Source: Bacteroidales bacterium UBA6680
Lineage (GTDB): Bacteria > Bacteroidota > Bacteroidia > Bacteroidales > UBA6680
Reading direction: 5' to 3'
Assembly (NCBI GenBank): GCA_002454955.1
Contig: DKJY01000005.1
Location: 3,784 to 67,783, forward strand
Length of the DNA: 64,000 bases
Shown: positions 1 through 9,430 of the stretch, piece by piece
How positions within the stretch are numbered: position 1 is the stretch's first letter
Layout of the letters: each line of letters opens with the position of its first letter
Made by a program: the position numbers and the translations under genes
Notes under the pieces: model-generated
Databases searched by the model: none
Seen by the model: only the letters and a program-made list of their open reading frames with translations
What the model was told of the DNA's origin: nothing

Positions 1-479
1 ATATAAGATACCATCTCTTTATCTGCCACCATTATACGCTTGTCCTTTTCGGCCTTCGTAATCCAATCGATCAATATGTTCTCATTATGCATATCTATAC
101 CAGAATACATACGATTAAACAGTTCTTTATGGCGAGTATGGGTATTAAACAATACACGCATCGATTTAACGGCTTCCGGATCAATAAAGTTTTTTATTCT
201 AAGTTTAATAAGTTCAATCAACTGATCTTTTAATGGACTATCCGGACTATAGCAAAGCTTAGTAATATCAGCCTTATTGGAGATACATTTACCAATAATA
301 ACTTCAAGTAATTTCTCTTTTGTTTCGAAATGATTATAGAGTGTTTTCTTAACCGCCCCCGCTCTAAACGCAATTTGTTCCATAGTAGCAGCTTCAAATC
401 CAACTTCTTCAAAAATTGCGACAGCGGCATCAATTAACTCTTTCCTCTTTTTACTGGTATCTCGTTCTTTGCGTGGCAT
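1..479 (-). CDS. TetR/AcrR family transcriptional regulator (3' end runs off the window)
   Basis: Not in the ORF track; translated by hand from the ATG at 479: MPRKERDTSKKRKELIDAAVAIFEEVGFEAATMEQIAFRAGAVKKTLYNHFETKEKLL..., a typical TetR N-terminal HTH, open to position 1. Confidence 0.9.
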   Translation of the reverse strand, partial: MPRKERDTSKKRKELIDAAVAIFEEVGFEAATMEQIAFRAGAVKKTLYNHFETKEKLLEVIIGKCISNKADITKLCYSPDSPLKDQLIELIKLRIKNFIDPEAVKSMRVLFNTHTRHKELFNRMYSGIDMHNENILIDWITKAEKDKRIMVADKEMVSY

Positions 480-582
480 TTATTTTTATTTATAGCAAAT
501 AATGGGTTGTCGAAACTATTTTATATTACACTTTAAAGTATTGTAAAGATATCAGGATTTCTGAGAAGAAACAAGTATTATA

Positions 583-1182
583 CCCAGATGGTGCGAGCTT
601 TAATAACAATATTCTGTGCAGTACCAGATTAGCTATAGCTCGTACCCCGCAACACAAAATAGGCTGCAACCACCCATAAAGAACTTTCCCCAGATGGTGC
701 GAGCTTTAATAACAATATTCCGGGCAGTATCAGATTAGCTATAGCTCGTACCTCGCAATACAAAATAGGTTACAACCACCCATAAAGAATTTTCCTCAGA
801 TGGTGCGAGCTTTAATAACATTTTCCCGTACAGTATCAGATTAGCTATAGCTCGTACCTCGCAATACAAAATAGGTTACAACCACCCATAAAGAACTTTC
901 CCCAGATGGTGCGAGCTTTAATAACATTTTCCCGTACAGTATCAGATTAGCTATAGCTCGTACCTCGCAATACAAGATAGGATACAACCACCAATAAAGA
1001 ACTTTCCCCAGATGGTGCGAGCTTTAATAACAATATTCTGGGCAGTATCAGATTAGTTATAGCTCATACCTCGCAATACAAAATAGGCTGCAACCACCCA
1101 TAAAGAACTTTCCCAAGATGGTGCGAGCTTTAATAACATTTTCCCATACAGTATCAAATTAGCTATAGCTCGTACCTCGCAA
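583..1182 (+). repeat. Tandem array of ~5.6 copies of a 106-bp unit, each containing a hairpin
   Basis: The motif (c/a)agatggtgcgagctttaataaca recurs at 585, 691, 797, 903, 1009 and 1115 (period exactly 106); each unit has the inverted repeat GGTGCGAGCT...AGCTCGTACC. Confidence 0.97.
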
Positions 1183-1321
1183 GACTCCTATTTTTACAAC
1201 CTACATTTTGTTATACAACTTATTTACAGTTTTTTATAAAAATTTTCTTCTAAATATTGACTTTGCTATTTATATGTCATAAATTGATTATAGATATTTT
1301 TTTTAAACTAAATTTTTAGAT

Positions 1322-1966
1322 ATGAGAAAAAGAACCTTAGCACATTTTATGGCATTTGTGCAGAAATTTATTCTAAACTGTAAAAACCCCGAAATACTTA
1401 ACTTTTTAGCCAGATTTGGTGTAACCGAAGCTCGTATAAACGAAGGTATAACGCTCTATAACGATACACAGAAGAGTATTGATGATCAGAAACGTGAGCA
1501 TCAGGAGAAACTGCAAGCGTATGATGAGTTCTTTGCCAAAAAGGGTGAGTGTTTAGAGGAGTTTAAACTATTCAACACCTTTGGTAAATTAGCAGTAAAA
1601 GGTAATAAAGATATGCACACCAGAATAGGGTTTAACCAACCAAAAGAGCTTAGTACGTTTAGTTGGATGAAACAGGCAGTGGGCAGATATAAATCATCTC
1701 TTACAGAACCTGAATTTATTACAAAGATGAGCAGGTATAATATAACTGCTAAAGATATAGAGTTGTTTAAGACAAACATTGAGGATCTGATGTTGTTAAG
1801 AGCAAAATACGATAGAGAGAAAGGTCAGGCAGAGAATTCTACAAATATAAAGAGAGATAAAGTAGAGCAGCTTGAAGATTATATACAAGAGCTTAAAACT
1901 ATAGCAAAGGTATCTCTTAAAAATAACCCTCAGTTACTTGAGGAGCTCGGAATAGTGGTACGTTAA
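1322..1966 (+). CDS. Hypothetical 214-aa alpha-helical protein with an internal two-fold repeat (copy 1)
   Basis: Intact ORF followed by a terminator; ~88% identical (25 differences by hand count) to 55824..56468. Confidence 0.9.
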   Translation: MRKRTLAHFMAFVQKFILNCKNPEILNFLARFGVTEARINEGITLYNDTQKSIDDQKREHQEKLQAYDEFFAKKGECLEEFKLFNTFGKLAVKGNKDMHTRIGFNQPKELSTFSWMKQAVGRYKSSLTEPEFITKMSRYNITAKDIELFKTNIEDLMLLRAKYDREKGQAENSTNIKRDKVEQLEDYIQELKTIAKVSLKNNPQLLEELGIVVR

Positions 1967-1987
1967 GTATAGTTCATATATCTCAAT

Positions 1988-2026
1988 AAAACAGAAGCTG
2001 TAATTAAAGTTGCAGCTTCTGTTTTT
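1988..2026 (+). terminator. Intrinsic terminator after the 214-aa gene
   Basis: aaaacagaagctg-taattaaagttg-cagcttctgttttt; the paralogous hairpin at 55640..55673 has a compensatory change (GCTG/CAGC vs GCCG/CGGC). Confidence 0.8.
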
Positions 2027-2038
2027 ATATACAGAATA

Positions 2039-2353
2039 CCTTAGAATATAATTACAAAACAGCTACTTATAAAAACATTGTGCCTATTAGTTAATGTTTT
2101 GACACTCATTAATACAGCGCAGAGAGTGATTAAAACAACATTGCACGTAATATAACTTACAACATGCCTGATAACAGATGCAATGTGATTGATAAAGAAT
2201 ATTTTGCCTGTAAAATAATTTGCAATGCCACTGATAACTATTGCAATGCGCATGATTTAAATTACGCTGACACTGATTGGCTTTACATTACCACTTTTTA
2301 AAAAACGGCTGAGACTGACTAACATTACAATGCGACTTTTTATGTGCAAAATG
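2039..2353 (+). repeat. Phased array of 15 degenerate 21-bp units
   Basis: Exact 21-nt register, e.g. tgcctgataacagatgcaatg / ccactgataactattgcaatg / agactgactaacattacaatg; T at position 5 in 14 consecutive units, TG at positions 20-21 in most. Confidence 0.85.
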
Positions 2354-2381
2354 GGGTATATTCGTAAAACAATATACTGTA

Positions 2382-3056
2382 TCAAATCACATTATCTATA
2401 ATAGCTTCTGCTATAACCATATCTGTCTTATGTGTAATCTTAATATTCTCTATATTACCATCGGCAAGCCATATTTTATGTCCTGCAGCCTCAACAACCG
2501 ATGCATCATCGGTAAACACCGGATCATATCCAAGATCATACGCCTTAACAATAATATCCGCCCTAAAAACCTGTGGAGTCTGCACCCTTTTATAACTACT
2601 TCTCTCAACATGTTCGCTACCATTATCAGTCACCATACGCAAAGAGTCATCAACATCTATAACAGGTATAGCAGCACCATTCTCTTTGGCCATAGTAAAG
2701 CAGTTATCTATTGTTTTATCAGAAACCAAAGGCCTTGCGCCATCATGTACTGCAACAAAATCTGCATCACCACTAATTATACTCAAGCCGTTCTTAACAG
2801 AGTTAAAACGTGTTGCACCACCGGTAGTTACTGAATGCTTAATTGTAAAATTACACTTCTTAATTAATGAGTTCCAGTAATCTATATATGCCTGTGGTAG
2901 AACCAGAACAATATGCAGATTATTATTATACCCATAAAACCTCTCAATTGTATGCATCAGAACAGGTTTTCCTTTTAATTCCAGAAACTGTTTGGGCAAA
3001 TCGCCCCCCATACGTGAACCACTACCACCGGCAACAATAATAACACTACTACTCAT
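2382..3056 (-). CDS. ispD: 2-C-methyl-D-erythritol 4-phosphate cytidylyltransferase
   Basis: Motifs AGGSGSRMG..PKQF, VHDGARP, VQTPQ, TDD, NIKIT; ATG start taken at 3056. Confidence 0.95.
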   Translation of the reverse strand: MSSSVIIVAGGSGSRMGGDLPKQFLELKGKPVLMHTIERFYGYNNNLHIVLVLPQAYIDYWNSLIKKCNFTIKHSVTTGGATRFNSVKNGLSIISGDADFVAVHDGARPLVSDKTIDNCFTMAKENGAAIPVIDVDDSLRMVTDNGSEHVERSSYKRVQTPQVFRADIIVKAYDLGYDPVFTDDASVVEAAGHKIWLADGNIENIKITHKTDMVIAEAIIDNVI

Positions 3057-3154
3057 CAACAATAAATTTAAATAAACGTTAAATTATCAGTTATAATCAA
3101 ATAAAACCATATATTACAATATTACAACATTTAACCATTAAAACTGATTTAAAA

Positions 3155-3820
3155 ATGAAACTGGATAAATCTGTACTGGAGTTTCTATCTGATTTGGAGG
3201 CTAATAATAATCGCGAATGGTTCAACGAAAACAAAAAGAGATATGAGCAGGCACGCGATAAGTTCATTGATTTTACAGAGAATGTAATTAACGGTATCTC
3301 AATATTCGATAACTCTGTAAAAAATCTATCAGCAAAAGATACGTTATTCAGAATATACAGAGATGTAAGATTTGGCAAAGATAAATCGCCATACAAAACT
3401 CATTTTGGAGCATATATAAGCAAAGGTGGCAGAAAAAGTATTTACGGAGGATACTATCTTCACATACAACCCGGAGGCGAATCGTTGATTGCAGGAGGAA
3501 TACACTGTCCGGAATCATCAAACCTGAAGAAACTAAGAACAGAGATAATGTATCGTCCTGAAATATTCAAAAAAATAATTTACAGTAAAGAAATTGTTGA
3601 TACATTTGGTGAGCTATATGAAGATAAACTAAAATCGGCACCAAGAGGGTTTGATAAGAACTTTGAGGATATAGAGTTACTGAAATACAAAGAGTATACT
3701 CTTCTAAAAAAGATTGAGGATAAAGAGATTCTTAATGCTGATTTTTATAAAAATCTGATTAGTGATTTTAAGAAGCTTGAACCACTTAACAGCTTTCTTA
3801 ACGACGCTTTGTTTGAATAA
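3155..3820 (+). CDS. DUF2461 (TIGR02453) family protein
   Basis: FL.DL..NNNREWF..NK.RY and FRIYRDVRFGKDKSPYK signatures. Confidence 0.9.
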   Translation: MKLDKSVLEFLSDLEANNNREWFNENKKRYEQARDKFIDFTENVINGISIFDNSVKNLSAKDTLFRIYRDVRFGKDKSPYKTHFGAYISKGGRKSIYGGYYLHIQPGGESLIAGGIHCPESSNLKKLRTEIMYRPEIFKKIIYSKEIVDTFGELYEDKLKSAPRGFDKNFEDIELLKYKEYTLLKKIEDKEILNADFYKNLISDFKKLEPLNSFLNDALFE

Positions 3821-3834
3821 AAACATAAACACTA

Positions 3835-4740
3835 ATGTCTATAATTGTTGATAAACTTACAAAGAGATATGATAAGCAATTGGCTGTAAATGATATCTCA
3901 TTTAAGATAGATAAAGGAGAAATAGTAGGTTTTCTGGGGCCAAATGGTGCCGGAAAATCTACCACAATGAAAATTCTTACCGGATATATATCTGCATCGT
4001 CAGGCAATGCAATAATTAATGGCATTGATATATCAAAAGATATAATATCAGCTAAAAGAGCTATTGGATATCTGCCAGAAAATAATCCGTTATATACAGA
4101 GATGTATGTAAAGGAGTATCTTAGTTATGTTGCAAACATATACGGAATTAAAAATACCCGTAAAGCTGTTGACAACGTAATAGAAATGACAAAACTAGGA
4201 ATAGAGTCGCATAAAAAGATAGAGGCTTTATCAAAAGGTTACAGACAAAGGGTTGGACTTGCACAGGCTCTTATTCATAATCCGGATATATTGATATTAG
4301 ATGAGCCAACAACGGGTCTTGATCCTAATCAGATAATTGAAATTAGAGACCTAATAACCGATATTGGATCTGAGAAGACAGTACTCCTGTCAACACATAT
4401 TATGCAAGAGGTTGAGGCTATATGCGGAAGAACCATTATTATAAACCGGGGTAAAATTGTTGCCGATGGGAATACCAATAAACTTATTGATATAAGAAAC
4501 AGCACTCAACAGGTATATGCTGAATTTGATTCTGAACCCAACAGCAAATTACTTAACGACATAAGCTCTTTTGCAGAGATAACAGACAAAGGAGATAGGT
4601 GGGTAGCTCTAAAATCATTGGTAAACGAAGATATAAGAAAAGATATATTTAATGCGGTTGTTAAAAACAATACCGTATTGTTAACCCTTAAAGAGGAGAC
4701 AACAAATTTAGAAGATATATTTAGAGATCTTACCCAATAA
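3835..4740 (+). CDS. gldA: Gliding motility-associated ABC transporter ATP-binding subunit
   Basis: Walker A GPNGAGKST, signature LSKGYRQRVGLAQA, ILDEPTTGLDPNQI, LSTHIMQEVEAIC, typical of GldA. Confidence 0.85.
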   Translation: MSIIVDKLTKRYDKQLAVNDISFKIDKGEIVGFLGPNGAGKSTTMKILTGYISASSGNAIINGIDISKDIISAKRAIGYLPENNPLYTEMYVKEYLSYVANIYGIKNTRKAVDNVIEMTKLGIESHKKIEALSKGYRQRVGLAQALIHNPDILILDEPTTGLDPNQIIEIRDLITDIGSEKTVLLSTHIMQEVEAICGRTIIINRGKIVADGNTNKLIDIRNSTQQVYAEFDSEPNSKLLNDISSFAEITDKGDRWVALKSLVNEDIRKDIFNAVVKNNTVLLTLKEETTNLEDIFRDLTQ

Positions 4741-4826
4741 ACTGATTTATAACCATAAAATGGTGCATATTATCTAATAATTGATTTATTTTTAGCTGAG
4801 ATATAACGCCATAACCAAATATTTAA

Positions 4827-4834
4827 TATATTTG
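4827..4834 (+). promoter_or_regulatory. Bacteroidota -7 promoter element for metK
   Basis: TATATTTG matches TAnnTTTG, 12 nt upstream of the riboswitch. Confidence 0.6.
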
Positions 4835-4846
4835 CGTGTAAATTTG

Positions 4847-4919
4847 AAGTGGAAAGATTTGACTGATTGCAACCACTTAAAAAAATGCTAAAGCAGATTT
4901 CATTCCACTTTAGTTTTTT
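4847..4919 (+). ncRNA. SAM-II-type riboswitch in the metK leader
   Basis: P1 AAGTGG/CCACTT encloses GATTT-GA-CTG-A-TTGCAA, followed by AAAT-GCTAAA-G-CAG (SAM-II pseudoknot pattern); an alternative pairing AAGTGGAA/TTCCACTT is followed by a T-tract; located upstream of metK. Confidence 0.8.
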
Positions 4920-4975
4920 CAAAGTACACAGTCAATACTCTCCATTATTGTTTAATAAAAAAATATATACATATA

Positions 4976-6226
4976 ATGGGATATTTATTTACGTCCGAAT
5001 CTGTATCAGAGGGACATCCAGACAAAGTAGCCGATCAAATATCAGATGCTCTTCTTGACGAATTTTTAAGAAGAGATCCTAACTCAAAAGTTGCTGTAGA
5101 AACACTTGTAACCACTGGTCTTACAGTAGTGAGCGGAGAGGTTAAATCAGATGCATATGTAGATGTTCAGAAGATTGCCCGCAGAATAATAAAGAAAATT
5201 GGCTATAATAAAGCCGATTATAAGTTCGATTCAGAATCATGTGGAGTAATATCTGCTATACATGAGCAATCGCCAGATATTAATCAGGGTGTTGAGAGAG
5301 CCGTTGAAGAGGAACAAGGAGCAGGAGATCAGGGTATAATGTTTGGTTATGCGTGTAAAGAGACCGATGATTATATGCCACTTACACTGGTTCTTTCTCA
5401 CATTCTTCTTATGGAGCTTGCTGATATCAGAAGAGAAGGTAAAGAGATGACATACCTTCGTCCTGATTCTAAATCGCAGGTTACCTTGGAGTATGATGAT
5501 AATCACAATCCGTTAAGAATACACACTATTGTAGTATCTACCCAGCACGACGACTTTAATGAGGAGAAGGCAATGCTTGCTAAGATTAAAGAGGATGTTG
5601 CAAACATTCTTATTCCAAGAGCAAAAGCAAAACTTCCGGCACGTGTACAGGAACTATTTAAAGATGATCATATTCTACACGTAAACCCAACAGGTAAATT
5701 TGTTATTGGTGGTCCTCATGGCGATACAGGTCTTACAGGACGTAAGATTATTGTAGATACATACGGCGGTAAAGCACCACACGGAGGAGGAGCTTTCTCT
5801 GGTAAAGACTCTTCAAAGGTAGACAGATCTGCAGCATATGCATCGAGACATATGGCTAAAAACATGGTAGCAGCCGGACTTGCAGATCAGGTACAGGTAC
5901 AGCTAGCTTATGCAATTGGTGTTGCAGAACCGGTTTCTGTATTTGTTGATACATACGGAACATCAAAGGTTAATATGACAGATGGAGAGATTGCAGAAAA
6001 GGTTTCTAGGATATTTGATCTACGCCCAAGCGCAATAATTCGTAACCTTGGACTTAAGAATCCTATATTTGAAGAGACTGCTGCATATGGTCATTTAGGA
6101 CGCGACCCTTTTACAAAAGAGGTTACAATATTTGAGAATGGTATAGAAAAAACAAAAGAGGTCGATTTCTTTACCTGGGAAAGACTCGACTATGTTGACA
6201 AAATAAAAGAAGCTTTCGCATTATAA
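4976..6226 (+). CDS. metK: S-adenosylmethionine synthetase
   Basis: [36 protein letters not shown] motifs. Confidence 0.99.
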   Translation: MGYLFTSESVSEGHPDKVADQISDALLDEFLRRDPNSKVAVETLVTTGLTVVSGEVKSDAYVDVQKIARRIIKKIGYNKADYKFDSESCGVISAIHEQSPDINQGVERAVEEEQGAGDQGIMFGYACKETDDYMPLTLVLSHILLMELADIRREGKEMTYLRPDSKSQVTLEYDDNHNPLRIHTIVVSTQHDDFNEEKAMLAKIKEDVANILIPRAKAKLPARVQELFKDDHILHVNPTGKFVIGGPHGDTGLTGRKIIVDTYGGKAPHGGGAFSGKDSSKVDRSAAYASRHMAKNMVAAGLADQVQVQLAYAIGVAEPVSVFVDTYGTSKVNMTDGEIAEKVSRIFDLRPSAIIRNLGLKNPIFEETAAYGHLGRDPFTKEVTIFENGIEKTKEVDFFTWERLDYVDKIKEAFAL

Positions 6227-6231
6227 ACAAC

Positions 6232-6257
6232 AAGCGACCTTCGGGTCGCTTTTTTTT
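6232..6257 (+). terminator. Intrinsic terminator after metK
   Basis: aagcgacc-ttcg-ggtcgctt followed by a T-run. Confidence 0.9.
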
Positions 6258-6335
6258 AGTATATTGTATATATTATATACAAATATCCGTACTTTTATAC
6301 TTTGTTGGTAAATTGTATTTATATATTATTAGGGT

Positions 6336-7100
6336 ATGCACAAATTTATTACATTCACTTGTATAGCAATTATATTGGTTCTGTTTTCATGTACCAGTCA
6401 GAAACAGATTACGTACTTGCAAGACGCATCAGTTAACGGTGCTGAGAACTTTAATATAGATACTATCACTTCATATAAGATTAAGAAACAGGATGTTTTA
6501 TATATTAAGCTGGTAACATCAAACAGTGAGATTAATAATATATTAAACCCAAACGCAAGCAGTCCCGGGATGTATCAGGGTGAATCAAATTTGTTTATTA
6601 ATGGATTTGTTGTTGATGAAAATGGATACATAGAATTACCTCTAATAGGCAAGGTACATATAGAAAACTGTACTCTTGATAATGCAAGAGATAACATCAG
6701 AGAAAAAGCATTAGTATATCTTAAAGATCCAACTATTTATGTAAAGATACTTAGTTACAAGTATACTGTATTAGGTGAAGTTAAGAGACCTGGTATGTAT
6801 AAAAACTTCAATAACAGATTAAATGTACTAGAAGCAATAAGTAGTGCAGGAGATATATCTGATTTCGGAAACAGAAAGAAGATTGTTGTAATTAGATTAA
6901 CCGAAAATGGCTCTAAAACATTCAGGTTAGATCTTACTAAGAAAGAGATTCTTACGTCTGATGCTTATTATCTTAAACCAAATGATATTGTTTATGTAGA
7001 ACCTTTAAAATCAAAATCATTTAAACTAAATATTCCGATTGCTTCTTTGATGTTAACATCAATATCAACATTAATTCTAATATTAAACTTTGTTAAATGA
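6336..7100 (+). CDS. wza: Polysaccharide export outer-membrane lipoprotein (Wza/OPX)
   Basis: Lipobox FSC, Poly_export domain (G.IELPLIG.V) and SLBB domain (TVLGEVKRPG). Confidence 0.9.
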   Translation: MHKFITFTCIAIILVLFSCTSQKQITYLQDASVNGAENFNIDTITSYKIKKQDVLYIKLVTSNSEINNILNPNASSPGMYQGESNLFINGFVVDENGYIELPLIGKVHIENCTLDNARDNIREKALVYLKDPTIYVKILSYKYTVLGEVKRPGMYKNFNNRLNVLEAISSAGDISDFGNRKKIVVIRLTENGSKTFRLDLTKKEILTSDAYYLKPNDIVYVEPLKSKSFKLNIPIASLMLTSISTLILILNFVK

Positions 7101-9430
7101 CAAATAAATTTAATGAAGAGTTAACAGAGGACTCAATTGACTTTAAGAAGTATTTTATAAAAGCTATAGAAAAGTGGTATTGGTTTGTTATATCAATAGT
7201 TATATGTGTTGCTGGTGCTTACTTAAATAACAGATATACAATTCCTGTATATACTGTTAGTTCATCAATTATTGTTAGAGAAAAAATGTCATCTGATAAT
7301 GGTATTGAGATGATTGTTCAGGAACTTGGAATAAGAAGCAGAGCAAAAAGAAAAGCTGTTGTTGAAAATGAAATATCAATACTTAAATCATACAGATATG
7401 CTGAAAGAGCAATAAATAAACTTAATTTCGGCATCACATACATGGGGCATGGATATTTTAAAGATGTTTTCCTGTATAAAAATGTACCTTTTATAGTTAA
7501 GCTTGACTCTTCTCGAATTAATAAACCCGGAAGTAAAATTATTATAGAGAATGAAGAAAATAATATTTTCAGTATATATGAAGAAGATAAAGAGGATTAT
7601 GCTAAGAAAGTAAGATATGGAGAACTATATGAATCAAAAAACATAAACTTTACTCTTGAACCAAATCCTAAGTACACTAGTTTTTCTTATAAGAAGTATA
7701 GCTTTAGTATAAACAGCAGGAATTCTCTAATTAATAAATACCGAGGTAAGCTATCTATATCTGTAAATGACAAAAAAGGTTCTGTATTAAAACTCTCTAT
7801 GAAAGGTTTTAATCCTGAAAAAGAGGCTGATTATCTTAATATGCTCATGATTGAGTATCTAAATGCTGATTTAGATGATAAAAACGAACAATCTAAAAGA
7901 ACAATAGAGTTTATTGATGAGCAAATAAGACAGATGCAAGATTCTTTAAGAATAGCCGAAGATGAACTACAATTTTACAGATCAACAAAAAAGATAATAA
8001 ACCTTGAAGATGAAGGAAAGCAGTTATATGATAAGCTAAGATATGCTGACGACCAGAAAAACACCTTGATTATTCAGCGAAGATTTCTTGATACCCTTGA
8101 AAGATATGTGAATATAACAAATAAGGATCTCATTGCTCCATCCATAATTGGTATGAATGACCAGGTTCTGTCTGAGTTAATCTCTGAATACAATAATCTG
8201 TTAAGAAAGAAAAAGACCATACAGTATTCTGTCAGTGAATTCAATCCTGAGTTAAGATTAATTAATGAACAACTAAAGGATACCAGAGGTGCCCTTATAT
8301 CGAATCTAGGTAACAGAAGAAATAATAACAGAATTAGTATTGATCAGGTTAATAGAAAACTTAGAATTATAAACGAACAAATGGAGGGGTTACCTCTGAA
8401 TGAACAACAACTGGTTAACATTCAGCGCAAATTTGATTTGGCTAATAATCTATACAACTTCTTGTTGCAGAAAAGAGCAGAACAGGGGATTGCATCAACT
8501 ACAAATAGTCCAAATCATAAAATACTTGATTTTGCAATTCCACAAAACAGAAAAAAAATAAAGCCGAATAGCAAATTTATTCTAATGACAGGATTCGTAT
8601 TTGGCTTACTTATCCCCATCATAATCATTGTAATACTAGATTTTTTCAGTAGAAAAATAGAGATGCTTAAAGAGATAGAGAATAAAATAATTGTTCCTAT
8701 TATTGGTAATGTAGAAACCAATATACATGATTCAAATTTACCTGTATATGAGTATCCGAAATCATCTTTTGCAGAATCCTTCAGAAGTATAAGAACACAA
8801 TTACAATTTATGAGCGAGAATGTTAGTTGCCCAACCATTCTAGTCAGTTCAGCAGTAAGTGGAGAGGGAAAAACATTCACAGCTGCAAACTTAGCGGTTA
8901 TATATTCTATGATGGGTAAAAAGACACTTGTACTAGGTCTTGACTTAAGAAAACCTAAGATTAACGAACTATTTGATATTAAGAATAATTTAGGTTTAAG
9001 CACTTATCTTATTGGTAAAAATACATACGAAGAAACCATTGATCCATCTAAAATACAAAATCTATACATAGCCTCGTCTGGTCCTGTACCTCCTAACCCA
9101 GCAGAACTTATACAAGGAGAGAATATGAATCTGTTTTTTGAAAGAGCAAAAAAAGAGTTCGACGTAATTATAATTGATACTCCTCCTTTTGCTGTTGTTG
9201 CAGATTCTCTTATAATAAAAGATTTTGTTGATGTATCACTATTTGTATTAAGACAAGGGTATACTGATAAAAATGTTATAAAAATGATTAATAGCATTAA
9301 AGAGAACTCGTCTTATGATAATGTTTGCGTATTAGTAAATGATGTAAAGAAATCTAAACTATACGGATATGGATACAAAAGCACAATGAATTATCAATAT
9401 GGTTATGAAAAAGGATATTATGAGCGATAA
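7097..9430 (+). CDS. wzc: Polysaccharide co-polymerase / BY tyrosine kinase
   Basis: Two TM segments, coiled coil, Walker A SGEGKT, DLRKP, IIDTPP, Tyr-rich C-terminus. Confidence 0.95.
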   Translation: MTNKFNEELTEDSIDFKKYFIKAIEKWYWFVISIVICVAGAYLNNRYTIPVYTVSSSIIVREKMSSDNGIEMIVQELGIRSRAKRKAVVENEISILKSYRYAERAINKLNFGITYMGHGYFKDVFLYKNVPFIVKLDSSRINKPGSKIIIENEENNIFSIYEEDKEDYAKKVRYGELYESKNINFTLEPNPKYTSFSYKKYSFSINSRNSLINKYRGKLSISVNDKKGSVLKLSMKGFNPEKEADYLNMLMIEYLNADLDDKNEQSKRTIEFIDEQIRQMQDSLRIAEDELQFYRSTKKIINLEDEGKQLYDKLRYADDQKNTLIIQRRFLDTLERYVNITNKDLIAPSIIGMNDQVLSELISEYNNLLRKKKTIQYSVSEFNPELRLINEQLKDTRGALISNLGNRRNNNRISIDQVNRKLRIINEQMEGLPLNEQQLVNIQRKFDLANNLYNFLLQKRAEQGIASTTNSPNHKILDFAIPQNRKKIKPNSKFILMTGFVFGLLIPIIIIVILDFFSRKIEMLKEIENKIIVPIIGNVETNIHDSNLPVYEYPKSSFAESFRSIRTQLQFMSENVSCPTILVSSAVSGEGKTFTAANLAVIYSMMGKKTLVLGLDLRKPKINELFDIKNNLGLSTYLIGKNTYEETIDPSKIQNLYIASSGPVPPNPAELIQGENMNLFFERAKKEFDVIIIDTPPFAVVADSLIIKDFVDVSLFVLRQGYTDKNVIKMINSIKENSSYDNVCVLVNDVKKSKLYGYGYKSTMNYQYGYEKGYYER

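Noticed and set aside
40-433. Short ORFs 40..225 and 230..433
   Set aside because: They overlap the TetR gene on the opposite strand or in another frame.
583-1182. CRISPR array interpretation of the 106-bp repeats
   Set aside because: The whole unit is repeated with only point differences; there are no unique spacers and no cas genes in the window.
583-1966. Canonical type III toxin-antitoxin (ToxIN/CptIN/TenpIN) locus
   Set aside because: Units are far longer than known antitoxin repeats, I see no terminator between array and gene, the protein does not resemble ToxN, and copy 2 is intact without an adjacent array. Kept only as a loose analogy.
2041-2253. 70-aa ORF here and the short ORFs at 54933..55169 and 55282..55464
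   Set aside because: They lie inside the 21-bp arrays and are not conserved in strand or frame between the two homologous arrays.
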